64,000 nt of DNA from Eledone cirrhosa (GCA_964016885.1 OZ024746.1:70804001-70868000), one strand, 5' to 3'; positions 24,588 to 36,130 are shown, counted from the first letter of the stretch. Program-made: numbers and translations. Notes: generated by a model from the sequence alone, not told the origin.

Positions 24588-25466
24588 ATTCTATAGAGGG
24601 TTGGTCCGCAGCAAGTGCGACGACGCGCTCGGTGAAACTCTGGGCGTGGAGGAAGATGAACTGGCCAGTCTGTTCGGTAGGACCTTCCGCCCGGGACCGA
24701 TGGACAACTTCCAAAAGTCCCTGGCCTGGCAGTGCTACCGAGGAGCTCTACCAGTTCGAGACAAGCTCTACAGACATGGGCGCCCGGGCAGGGACCCTGC
24801 AAAAAAGATCTGTCCGAGGTGCGTGCGAGACGAAGAAACCGTCGCGCACGCATTCATACACTGCCCGGGCGTCACTGACCTGTGGGGCTATGTGGAACGA
24901 CTATTGTCGCGGGTGGGACCAATCCAGTTGACCACCGAGTCCATTGTCATGATCAAACCGCCACCCTCCTTCAAAAACGAAGGAGAGGCGGTTTTCCTTT
25001 GTGTGATAGCTATGGCGAAAGAGGTTGTATGGTGGACAAGGTTGAAAGGGCTGAGGTCAGACACCTTTCTCTCCGGCCAACAACTGATTCTTTTTTTCAA
25101 ATACCACTTTGGAAGAAGAATCAGGATGGAGAGAGAGGTGCTGTACCCCAGCAAGTTTTATGAAAGGTGGGTGAAAGTGGCGAGAATGGCCCGAGTGAAT
25201 GGGCCTTCTCTCTATATCAGCCTGTAGGTTGAGGAAAAGGAGGAGGAGAGGAAAGGAGTACAAGCTCTTCGTACTCCTGGAGATGAGGGTTGCACATTTT
25301 TTTCGGGGGTCTGTGTTACCCATATAAACTGTCTCCCTCTATTGGGGAAAATCGACTAACTTTTAAATTCCATCTGTGATAACATTTTACACGTTTTTAT
25401 TGTATGTAAACTTCCCCCTTTGTATTTGTCCCCTTCTTTTGTGCCCCTGTGGCTAATAAAGAAATA
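24588..25466 (+). mobile_element. Tx1 copy 2, 5'-truncated (879 bp)
   Basis: Collinear with 28050-28928 with about 10 substitutions by eye; ORF2 C-terminus with CPRC...HAFIHC; AATAAA at 25455; flanked by (TCTA)n. Confidence 0.95.
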
Positions 25467-25507
<41 letters not shown>

Positions 25508-25511
<4 letters not shown>

Positions 25512-28500
25512 GGACCCGGAGGGTCGACTGGTGGTCCTAGACGTTGACGGTAGTGAAGGTGGAGCGTTCAGGCTGGTGGCCGCATATGCCCCATCCGGGA
25601 CACCGCGGCCAGACTTCTTCAAACGTCTAGAGACTTTTCTGGGAACGTCCCGCTCCTTGCTTTTAGTGGGGGACTGGAATGGAATCCTAGATGCACGTTG
25701 GGACTATGTGGGAGCATGTCCCGATAAAGGGGGGTGTAACAGCCTCAAACAGTTAATCGACCGATTTGACCTGGCCGATAGATATCGACTAGATTTTCCG
25801 ACTGCGCCACTGTGGACGTGGAGTAATCGTAGCGGAACATCTAGATCGTACCTAGATAGGGTTCTAGTTAGAAATAAGGATAGGGACATGTTAAGCTGTC
25901 CACAAATGTTCATGGTTGCCTATTCAGATCACAAACTAGTGACCTGCATGGCCAACCTTGATAGAACCCATAGACAAGGACCCGGCTACTGGAAGCTGAA
26001 CTTGTCGTTACCGACAAGCAAAGCCTACAGTAGACGGATTAGCACTTTAGTTAAACAGCACTTGACAGGGGCCATTGTCAACAACAGATGGTGGTACTCT
26101 CTCAAGAGGGCAGTTAGATTAGACTCGATAGTTTTTAGTAAAGAATTAGCGTTAGATAGAAATAGAACCGAGAAGGAACTGGTAGATAAAGTAGAAGAGG
26201 CTATTAGAAGTGGCAACGTAGCCAGCGTGCTAGCAACGAGAACGGCCTTGGACCAGTTCTTCGACGCAAAGCACGAGGGCTGCGTTGTCAGAAGCAAAAT
26301 ACGTGCTCTGGGAAACGAGGGAGCCAAAGCTGTTAGCTGGGCCCGAGTGACGGAGGCAAAAAGTGGCAACAAGTCCACGATTCGGTCTTTGAAGGACCAA
26401 AACGGACGCGTGATACGTGAGCCGAAGCAGATGTGTGCGGCTTTTCAGCGGCACTTTGCTCGGCTGTTCGGGGGGAGCGGCGCGCCGGGAGAGGCTATGG
26501 ATTTCGGTCCATACCTCGACGGCCTACCGCGACTCTCGGACAGCGAGGCGAAGTTCTGCGAAAAGCCGATTTCAGCCACTGAGATAGGGGACGCGCTGAG
26601 CCAATGCGGCAAACGCAAATCTCCAGGTCTCGACGGTCTACCCTACGAATTTTACGTAGCAATGCCGGACTTATTCTCCGGTCTCCTGGAAGCGGTCTAC
26701 TGCAACTGGCAACAGAACGGGAGAATTCCCAGTTCTGTAACCGGGGGCGTGGTCACACTAATCAGGAAGGACGAGAATAAGGGGGATGACATAGGCAACT
26801 TCCGGCCCATAACTCTGCTAAACACAGAGTTACAGATTTTGGCCAAGGTGTTGGCAAAGAGGCTGGCGCTTGTCGTCGAGAACCTGGTGGGAGAAGCGCA
26901 GACATGCGCGATCCCGACCAGGTCCATACACGACAACCTCCACCTCATGCGATACATCATAGAGAGGGTAGGGTGTAAACCCAGCTTCGGTGGGGCCCTG
27001 ATCAACTTGGATCAGTCTAAGGCTTTCGATAGGGTTGACCATCGTTACCTGGATGCGGTGCTCGAGGCGGCAGGCTTCGGACCCGTGTTCAGGGGCTGGA
27101 TTGCTGCAATGCACAACAGCAACATCTGCTCAAGGGTCAAGGTGAACGGTTACCTCTCGGAGCCGTTCCATATTACGCGATCCATTCGACAGGGATGCCC
27201 TCTCTCCTCCCTTCTGTACGTACTGACTCTCGAGCCACTACTGCGGAAGCTGGAGCTATTGCAGGGCATCCCTCTGGAACCGGGACTGCGGAAAGCGGCG
27301 TCGGCCTACGCCGACGACGTAACAGTAATGGTGTCGAGCGCCTCGCAAATCGAGGAAGTCGGCACCTTACTAAAGGAATACGAAAGTCTCACAGGAGCGA
27401 AGCTGAACCGGGACAAGTCCATCGGTTTGCAACTCGGATCGTGGAGAGGCAGACCGATGCCTTCCGATGGCGTCGTCGGACGCTGGACGGAAGGACCGGT
27501 AAAGCTGCTCGGGGTCTGGTTTGGTCCGGACCTCCAGGTGGAGAAGAACTGGAACGAAGTGACGGCCAAGGTGTTTGCACTCACCCAGAAGTGGGCCGAG
27601 TGCAAACTATCCTTGAAAGGTCGAGCGGAGGTGGCGAACACTTTTATAGCGTCCGCCATCTACTACCGCTTGACCGTCGTGCCTTGTCCAGCCAAAACGC
27701 TCGCCAAAATGGAGCGCGCCCTCTTCCGATTCCTTTGGAAGAGGCGGGCTCCTTTGGTAAGAAGATCCATCTGCTGCCAACACCCTTCTAACGGAGGGCT
27801 GGGGATGCCGTGGTTGACGATGCGCAAACACGCGCTCAGGCTGCGACATCTCTACGTATTCCTCACCGGACAACCGGTGTGGGCCCCGTTCGTGAGGCGA
27901 GCCTTCCCACGACTCGTCTCACTGACCGAGCTGCAGTCCTGGGTCAAGCAGAGACCGAGGAAAATGGGCGACTGGCACATCGAATGTGCTCAGGCGCTCA
28001 CAGCCCTCTGGCAGGCGGACCCGGCGATCAGTGGAGACTCCACTTCGTCATTCTATAGAGGGTTGGTCCGCAGCAAGTGCGACGACGCGCTCGGTGAAAC
28101 TCTAGGCGTGGAGGAAGATGAACTGGCCAGTCTGTTCGGTAGGACCTTCCGCCCGGGACCGATGGACAACTTCCAAAAGTCCCTGGCCTGGCAGTGCTAC
28201 CGAGGAGCTCTACCAGTTCGAGACAAGCTCTACAGACATGGGCGCCCGGGCAGGGACCCTGCAAAAAAGATCTGTCCGAGGTGCGTGCGAGACGAAGAAA
28301 CCGTCGCGCACGCATTCATACACTGCCCGGGCGTCACTGACCTGTGGGGATATGTAGAACGACTATTGTCGCGGGTGGGACCAATCCAGTTGACCACCGA
28401 GTCCATTGTCATGATCAAACCGCCACCCTCCTTCAAAAACGAAGGAGAGGCGGTTTTCCTTTGTGTGATAGCTATGGCGAAAGAGGTTGTATGGTGGTCA

Positions 28501-28928
28501 AGGTTGAAAGGGCTGAGGTCAGACACCTTTCTCTCCGGCCAACAACTGATTCTTTTTTTCAAATACCACTTTGGAAGAAGAATCAGGATGGAGAGAGAGG
28601 TGCTGTACCCCAGCAAGTTTTATGAAAGGTTTTTGAAAGTGGCGAGAATGGCCCGAGTGAATGGGCCTTCTCTCTATATCAGCCTGTAGATTGAGGAAAA
28701 GGAGGAGGAGAGGAAGGGAGTACAAGCTCTTCGTACTCCTGGAGATGAGGGTTGCACATTTTTTTCGGGGGTATGTGTTACCCATATAAACTGTCTCCCT
28801 CTATTGGGGAAAATCGACTAACTTTTAAATTCCATCTGTGATAACATTTTACACGTTTTTATTGTATGTAAACTTCCCCCTTTGTATTTGTCCCCTTCTT
28901 TTGTGCCCCTGTGGCTAATAAAGAAATA
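25508..28928 (+). mobile_element. Tx1 copy 3, 5'-truncated within the APE domain
   Basis: Begins ATCTGGACCCGGA (matches copy 1 at ~19814); AATAAA at 28917; (TCTA)n on both sides. Confidence 0.95.
25510..28689 (+). CDS. Uninterrupted Tx1 ORF2 segment (partial APE, RT, zinc finger) lacking the N-terminal ~85 aa
   Basis: GDWN, YLDRVL, SDH, KSPGLDGLP, NFRPITLLN, DQSKAFDRV, RQGCPLS, YADD and CPRCVRDEETVAHAFIHC; no stop codons over ~3.18 kb; no native start codon. Confidence 0.9.
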
Positions 28929-29053
28929 TATCTATCTATCTATCTATCTGTCTATTTATATCTATCTGTCTGTCTATCAGTCAGTCTTTCTGTCTGACTG
29001 TCTATTCTGTCAGTCCTGTCTATCTATTTAGCTAGCTATCTGTCTGTATGCCT

Positions 29054-31615
29054 ATTGAATTTAGTAAGGTTCTAGCTGCGGATAGGAATAGGAAGGAAAG
29101 GGAGCTAATAGATAGAGTAGAAGAGGCAATTAGAAGCGGCGACGTGGCCAGAGTGCTAGCGTCGAGAACGGCTTTGAGCCAGTTTTTCGACGCGAAGCAC
29201 GAAGGCTGCGTTGTCCGAAGTAAAATACGTGCTCTAGGGAACGAGGGGGCCAAAGCTGTTAGCTGGGCCCGCGTGACAGAGGCCAACAGTGGAACTAAAT
29301 CCACCATCCGGTCTTTGCGAGACCTGGATGGACGGGCGATTCTTGAGCCTAAGCAGATGTGTGAGGCCTTTCAAAGGCACTTTGCCCGACTGTTCGGGAG
29401 GGGCGGGGAGCCGGTTGGAAACGTGGACTTCGGTCCATACCTCGACGGCCTGCCGCGCCTCTCGGACAGGGAGGCGAAGTCTTGCGAGGAGCCGATTTCG
29501 GCCGCTGAGATAGAGGACGTGCTGGGCCAATGCGGCAAACGCAAATCCCCGGGTCTCGATGGTCTTCCTTACGAATTATATCTAGCTATGCCGGACTTGT
29601 TCCCCGATCTCCTCGAGGCGGTCTACTGCAACTGGCAACAGAACGGGAGAATTCCCTGTACTGTGACCAAGGGCGTAGTCACGCTAGTGAGGAAGGACGA
29701 GAACAAGGGGGACGAAATAAGTAACTTCAGGCCCATAACTCTGCTAAATACAGAGTTACAGATTTTGGCCAAGGTGCTAGCAAAGAGGTTGGCGCTTGTC
29801 GTGGGCAACCTGGTGGGAGATGCGCAGACATGCGCTATCCCGTCCAGGTCCATCCATGACAACCTCCACCTCATGCGATACATCATAGAGAGGGTTGGGA
29901 ACGAACCCGGCTTTGGTGGGGCTCTGATCAACTTGGATCAATCTAAGGCGTTCGATAGGGTCGACCATGGTTACCTGGATGCGGTGCTAGCGGCGGCAGG
30001 CTTCGGACCTGTTTTCAGGGGCTGGATCACTGCTATGCACAGCAGCCGCATCTGCTCTAGGGTCAAGGTGAACGGCTACCTCTCGGAGCCGTTCAAAATC
30101 GCGCGGTCCATCCGACAAGGGTGCCCTCTCTCCTCCCTTCTGTATGTGTTGACTCTCGAGCCACTACTGCGGAAGTTGGAGTTGTTGCAGGGCATCCCTT
30201 TGGAACCGGGATTGCGGAAAGCGGTGTCAGCCTACGCCGATGATGTGACAGTAATGGTGTCGACGGCCTCCGAAATCGAGGCGGTCGGCACCTTACTGGA
30301 GGAGTACGAAAAGTTCACAGGGGCTAAGCTGAACCGGGACAAGTCGATCGGTTTGCAACTCGGCACGTGGAGGGGCAGACCGATGCCCTCCGATGGCGTC
30401 GTCGGACGCTGGACGGAGGGCCCGGTGAAGTTGCTTGGGGTCTGGTTCGGACCGGACCTCCAGGTGGAGAAAAACTGGGCGGAGGTTACGAACAGGGTGT
30501 TTGCACTGACCCAGAAGTGGGCCAGTTGCAAACTATCCCTGAAAGGTCGGGCGGAGGTGGCGAACACTTATATAGCGTCCGTCATCTACTACCGCCTGAC
30601 CGTAGTGCCCTGCCCAAGGGAAACCCTCACCAAGATGGAGCGCGCGCTCTTCCAATTCCTTTGGAAGGGGCGGGCTCCTATGGTGAGGAGATCCATCTGC
30701 TGTCAACACCCTTCGAATGGAGGGCTGGGGATGCCGTGGCTAATGATGCGTAAACACGCATTAAGGCTACGGCACCTCTACGTATTCCTCACCGGACAAC
30801 CGGTGTGGGCCTCGTTTGTGAGACGAACCTTTCCCAGACTCGTCTCACTCACCGAGCTGCAATCCTGGGTCAAGCAAAGACCGAGAAAACTGGGCGCCTG
30901 GCACACTGAGTGTGCCCAGGCGCTCACCGCCCTCTGGCAGGCGGATCCGGTTATCAGTGGAGACTCCACCGCAACATTCTATAGAGGGCTGGTACGCAGC
31001 AGGTGCGACGACGCCCTCGGAGAAGCCCTAGACATGGAGGAGGACGAACTGGCCAGCCTGTTCGGTGGGACATTCAGCCCGGGACCTATGGACAACTTCC
31101 AGAAGTCCCTGGCCTGGCAGTGCTACCGAGGGGCTTTACCCGTTCGAGAAAGGCTCTACAGACACGGGCGCCCGGGTAGGGACCCCGCCAAAAAGATCTG
31201 TCCCAGATGCGTGTGCGACGAGGAAACCGTTGCACACGCATTGGTACACTGCTCGGGCGTAGCCGATCTGTGGGGCTATGTCGAACAACTGCTGTCAAGG
31301 GTGGGACCGATCCGGTTGACCACCGAGTCTATTGTAATGATCAAGCCGCCTCCCCCCTTCAAAGATGAAGCAGAGGCGGTGTTTCTGTGCGTAATAGCCA
31401 TGGCGAAAGAGGTTGTATGGTGGACGCGTCTGAAAGGACTGAGGTCAGGCACCTTTCTCTCTGGCCAACAACTGGTCCGTTTCTTCCGATATCATTTCGG
31501 AAGAAGGATCAGGATGGAGAGAGAGGTGCTGCACCCCAGTCGTTTTTATGAAAGGTGGGTGAAAGTGGCGAGAATGGCCCGTGTGAATGGGCCTTCTCTT
31601 TACATAAGCCTGTAG
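29054..31615 (+). CDS. Uninterrupted Tx1 ORF2 segment (RT and zinc finger; endonuclease lost)
   Basis: YADD, RQGCPLS and CPRCVCDEETVAHALVHC. The ATG at 29048 lies in the TSD and is not native. Confidence 0.88.
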   Translation: MEFSKVLAADRNRKERELIDRVEEAIRSGDVARVLASRTALSQFFDAKHEGCVVRSKIRALGNEGAKAVSWARVTEANSGTKSTIRSLRDLDGRAILEPKQMCEAFQRHFARLFGRGGEPVGNVDFGPYLDGLPRLSDREAKSCEEPISAAEIEDVLGQCGKRKSPGLDGLPYELYLAMPDLFPDLLEAVYCNWQQNGRIPCTVTKGVVTLVRKDENKGDEISNFRPITLLNTELQILAKVLAKRLALVVGNLVGDAQTCAIPSRSIHDNLHLMRYIIERVGNEPGFGGALINLDQSKAFDRVDHGYLDAVLAAAGFGPVFRGWITAMHSSRICSRVKVNGYLSEPFKIARSIRQGCPLSSLLYVLTLEPLLRKLELLQGIPLEPGLRKAVSAYADDVTVMVSTASEIEAVGTLLEEYEKFTGAKLNRDKSIGLQLGTWRGRPMPSDGVVGRWTEGPVKLLGVWFGPDLQVEKNWAEVTNRVFALTQKWASCKLSLKGRAEVANTYIASVIYYRLTVVPCPRETLTKMERALFQFLWKGRAPMVRRSICCQHPSNGGLGMPWLMMRKHALRLRHLYVFLTGQPVWASFVRRTFPRLVSLTELQSWVKQRPRKLGAWHTECAQALTALWQADPVISGDSTATFYRGLVRSRCDDALGEALDMEEDELASLFGGTFSPGPMDNFQKSLAWQCYRGALPVRERLYRHGRPGRDPAKKICPRCVCDEETVAHALVHCSGVADLWGYVEQLLSRVGPIRLTTESIVMIKPPPPFKDEAEAVFLCVIAMAKEVVWWTRLKGLRSGTFLSGQQLVRFFRYHFGRRIRMEREVLHPSRFYERWVKVARMARVNGPSLYISL

Positions 31616-31879
31616 GTGGAAAAGAGGAAGGAACGAGGGAGCACCCCCTCTCTGTGCTCCTGAGGAAAAGGGTTGCACACTTTTTTCGGGGGTGTGTGCG
31701 ACCCCCCAAGGCGCCTCCTCTCTATTGAGGATTTTGTTAAAAATTTTATTTTTTGTTATATCTTATTTTATTTTTATATTTTGTTATTGCCTCCTCCTTA
31801 TTGAGGACGCCTTTTTGTGTAAACTCCCCCCTTTGTACTTGTCCCACTTTTGGTGCCCTAGTGGCAAATAAAAGAAACT
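29054..31879 (+). mobile_element. Tx1 copy 4 (diverged subfamily), 5'-truncated, 17-bp TSD
   Basis: TATCTGTCTGTATGCCT at 29037-29053 and 31880-31896; AATAAA at 31867. Confidence 0.95.
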
Positions 31880-32341
31880 TATCTGTCTGTATGCCTGTCC
31901 TGTTTGTCCTGTCTGTTCTGCCTGTCAAGTCTATTGACATCTCTCTGTCAGCCTGTCTCACCTGTCTACATCTATCTATCTGTCTGACAGTCAGTCTAGC
32001 TATATGTATCTGCTTGTCCATCCATTTAACCAGGTCAGTCCCTGGTCCCTGCTGTTGTTAACATTCCCCAAACCACTACACTAACATTTCCATATTAGAC
32101 AACAACTGTCCACTCACATGCACACAATGGGGCACACGCTTCCACTTTATCACATCCAATGTGTATATGTATATATATATATATATATATATCATCATCA
32201 TCATCGTTTAATGTCTATCTTCCACGTTAGCATGGGTTAGACGGGAATTGTCCCACTCGAGGCAAGATTGGTCGGGTGACTGTGTCTCGCTCGTATAGGA
32301 CTATTTGGCAGGTTTTCTACAGCTGGATGCCCTTCCTAACA

Positions 32342-32383
<42 letters not shown>

Positions 32384-32422
32384 CATACAAACACACATAT
32401 AATGTGTGTATATGTGTTTGTA

Positions 32423-32480
<58 letters not shown>

Positions 32481-32794
32481 GGTGTGTGTGTAAATGTCTG
32501 TATGCATATATGTATGTGTATATATGTATATATTTGTGTGTGTGTATATATATACACACACACACAAATATATACATATATATATACACATACATATATA
32601 TACATACACACATATTTACATGCACACCCACATATATATATATATACATACATACATATATATAAACACATATACACACATATATACACACATATATCAT
32701 CAACATTATCGTTTAACATCCATTTTCCACGCTAGCATGGGTTAGTCAGGTTGTCCCATTTGTTTCGCTCATACAGAAATGTTTCTGGCTTGGT

Positions 32795-32835
<41 letters not shown>

Positions 32836-33103
32836 AATTTCGTATGTCTAATGATATACAGTATGTTTATGAATAAACATTTAGAAAGCCTTCTAGCTAT
32901 GAATATTGAAAAGCTGATGGCCAGTGTCGTCTAGCAGATTCCAGTGCTTCCCCTGCTTTCTGCTGGAATTTGAAACAGTAAAAAATATATAGTTTTTTCG
33001 CCTATGTAGATGGTCTGATTAGCCTTATTTGCATATGGAGATGTCAAGCTGGCTCAGCTTGAAAATAGAATTAAAGTTTTTTTATGTATATATATAGATC
33101 GAA

Positions 33104-33149
<46 letters not shown>

Positions 33150-33152
<3 letters not shown>

Positions 33153-34551
33153 GCTATAACAGAGGAGTTCAAGACCGGCTGCCCATGGGAACTCCTATAC
33201 GCAGATGATCTAACGCTCATAGCTGAATCAATGGCTGAACCAGAGAAGAAATTCCAAACATGGAAGCATGGCCTAGAATCAAAAGGCCTTAAAATTAACC
33301 TGTCTAAGACTAAAGTTCTAGTTTGTAGGAAGGAAAATAGGGCACTGGTCCCATCTGGGAAATGGCCATGCTCAGTGTGTAGGAAAGGAGTAGGCAGAAA
33401 CTCCATTTTATGTCCCAAATGCAAAGTATGGGTGCGTAAAAGATGTAGTGGGATCACAGGTAAGCTAACTAAGAATATAGATTTTATATGTGGCCGGTGC
33501 TCAGGTGCAATAAGTAGCAGCAAGTGCCCTCAGGATACTAGCTCCTTCCATTGCCCAGATGGTTCTATAGAAATAGTGGACACCTTCCGTTACCTGGTGA
33601 CAAAATCAGCAGTGGAGGAGGGTGCTCTGAAAGTACAGTAGCTAGAGTCAGAACGGAATGGAAAAAGTTCAGAGAGCTTATACTACTATTGGCCGCTAAA
33701 GGTTTCTCTCTAAAAATGAAAGGCAGGCTGTATGATGCCTGCATACGAACAGCAATGTTACATGGCAGTGAAACTTGGGCATTGTGTGCAGAGGATATAC
33801 GCAGACTGGAGAGGAACGAAGCTTGCATGCTCCGTTGGATGTGTAATAGTAATATACGTGAACGGCAAAGCATAAATGAACTAAGGGAGAAATTAGGAAT
33901 AAGAGGGATCAGATGTTGTTTACTCGAGAGAAGACTACGTTGGTATGGTCACGTGATGCGCATGAAAGACGACAGCTGTATAAAAAAAGTGCAGGGCAAT
34001 AAAAATAGACGGTAGCCATGGAGTAGGCAGACCCAGAAAAACCTGGGACGACTTGATAAATTCCAACCTCACACACACCTCTCCAAGACAATGTCACTGG
34101 ACCGAGATCTTTGGCGCTACACAGTAATACAGAAGACCCGCCTTGCCCAAGTACAAAGCGAAACCTACAGTCAGTAGGCACCTCTAACAAAAATACACCC
34201 CGTCCTACTACCCCCATCCCATCAACACCACCCCTTTCAATGTAAAGTTATGTTGGTACCACAACATCCAGTCCGAAATAAATGAGGTCGTGTAGGTGTC
34301 ACGACAAAAATAAAACACACAGTCCACGCTGTAATGTGGCCGTGTAGGTAACACGGTAAAAACCTCCCAGTCCACACTGTAAACGTGGTTGGTGTTAGGA
34401 AGGGCATCCAGCCGTAGAAAACCCGCCAGACAGTCCTATACGAGCAAGACAACCAATCTTGCCTCAAGTGGGACAATTCCCGTCCAAACCCATGCAAGCG
34501 TGGAAGATAGACATTAAACGATGATGATTATTATGATGATGATCATGATGA
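33150..34551 (+). mobile_element. RTE-B LINE, 5'-truncated, flanked by (TA)n on both sides
   Basis: ELLYADD, PHD-like Cys cluster, RLRWYGHVMR, 3'UTR and (GAT)n tail. Confidence 0.93.
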
Positions 34552-34594
34552 TATATATATATATAATGTCTGCCCTGTTTGTATATAGACAAGA

Positions 34595-35615
34595 ATTGTT
34601 CTGGCCATACTTTGGGTTAAACAACAGCAATAACAACAGAAACATATGTTTATCAAACAGGATGGCAGTGGAGTATAATGTGTATCACATCGACCACCTC
34701 ATCCCCCCCATTGTGCTGGTATGGTTTACATGTATGTGGGCAATAACTTGAAAGCTTACTTGATCAAACCAGGCTATACTCAGTTCTAAACAACAACAAC
34801 TATAGATATATATGATTATCAAAGTGGGTGACTGGTGTAATCCCTTCCTTCTCCCTCTCCTCTCTGATCTGTTTGTATGTGGTCAGTGACATAAAGGCCT
34901 ACATGATCAGACCAGACCAAGGCCTGATTAACAGCTGCAGCAGCAGCAGCAGCAGCAACAACAACAACAACAACATACATACATATATTGATTATCAGAG
35001 GGGACAGCAGGGGTGTGTGTGTAAGTTCACTCCCTCTGTCCCTACCTACTTATATGTGAACACCAACTTGAAGACCTGCTTGATCAAACCAGGTCAGGCT
35101 AGACCAGGCTGTATCTAGGGCTAAACAACACCACAAGCAATATTCATACATATATATGTTTATCAAAGAGGATGGTGAAGGGGGTGGTGGTGGTGGTGGT
35201 GTAATATCTCACCCCCTCCTCTTCACCCTCCGGTTTGGCCTATTTGGTCAGGCCAGGCTATACCCAGGTCTAAATAACAGCAGTAGTGTGGCTGGGTTAT
35301 GTCTCACTTATCCCCTCTAATCTGGCATGTTTAATGAAACCATGCTATACCTAGGGCTAAACATCAGAGAGATATAAGAATATCATAGTAGATGGGGTGT
35401 GGGTGGGTTGTTATGCCCCCACTATCTGGCCTGTTTGATCAAGCCATGCCACCCCTAAGGCTAAACATCAAATACATATATGATTATTATCATGGGTGGT
35501 AGGACTGGAGGTGTAATGTCATCTCCCTGTCTCACCTGATTTGGTTTGTTTGTTGTTAGCGGGCAATGACCTGAAGGACTACTCAATCAGCCTATGCCTA
35601 GGGCTAAACAGCAAT
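34595..35615. repeat. Diverged tandem repeat, units ~90-170 bp
   Basis: Recurrent TGATCAAACCAGGCTATAC..AGGGCTAAACA.CA motif about 8 times. Confidence 0.7.
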
Positions 35616-35659
35616 CACTGATGGTCTTTATTTAATTAATAGGAACAACTTAATGATCA

Positions 35660-36077
35660 CATATACACATACACTCAGTTACACACACACACACACACAT
35701 ACATACACTCATACATATATGTAGAGACAAAAGTATACACATATCGACACATTTACGCATATACATTCAAAGATATACACACAGACACAGACACAGACAC
35801 AGAGACACAGACACACACACACATACACACTGACATACACACAGACACACTGACATACATACAGACATACACACACACAGAGACACAGACACACACACAT
35901 ACACGCTGACATACACACAGACACAGAGACACAGACACACACACACTGACATACACACAGACAGACACAGACAGAGATACACACACACATACACACACAG
36001 ACACACACACATACACAGACATACACACAGACAGAGACACACACAGACACACACACACATACACACTGACATACACA

Positions 36078-36130
<53 letters not shown>

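Noticed and set aside
25420-25509. N-terminus of the 1089-aa ORF as a true start
   Set aside because: It starts at a TTG in copy 2's 3'UTR and runs through (TATC)11. This is a chance read-through, and the first ~85 aa of the endonuclease are missing.
27195-28058. Alternative-frame and antisense ORFs overlapping Tx1 ORF2
   Set aside because: Expected in GC-rich coding sequence; not kept open consistently across copies 1, 3 and 4.
24588-28928. LTR retrotransposon, taking the 879-bp direct repeats as LTRs
   Set aside because: The repeats are ORF2 C-terminus plus 3'UTR of two separate LINE copies. There are no TG..CA termini, PBS or integrase, and the RT is APE-linked non-LTR type.
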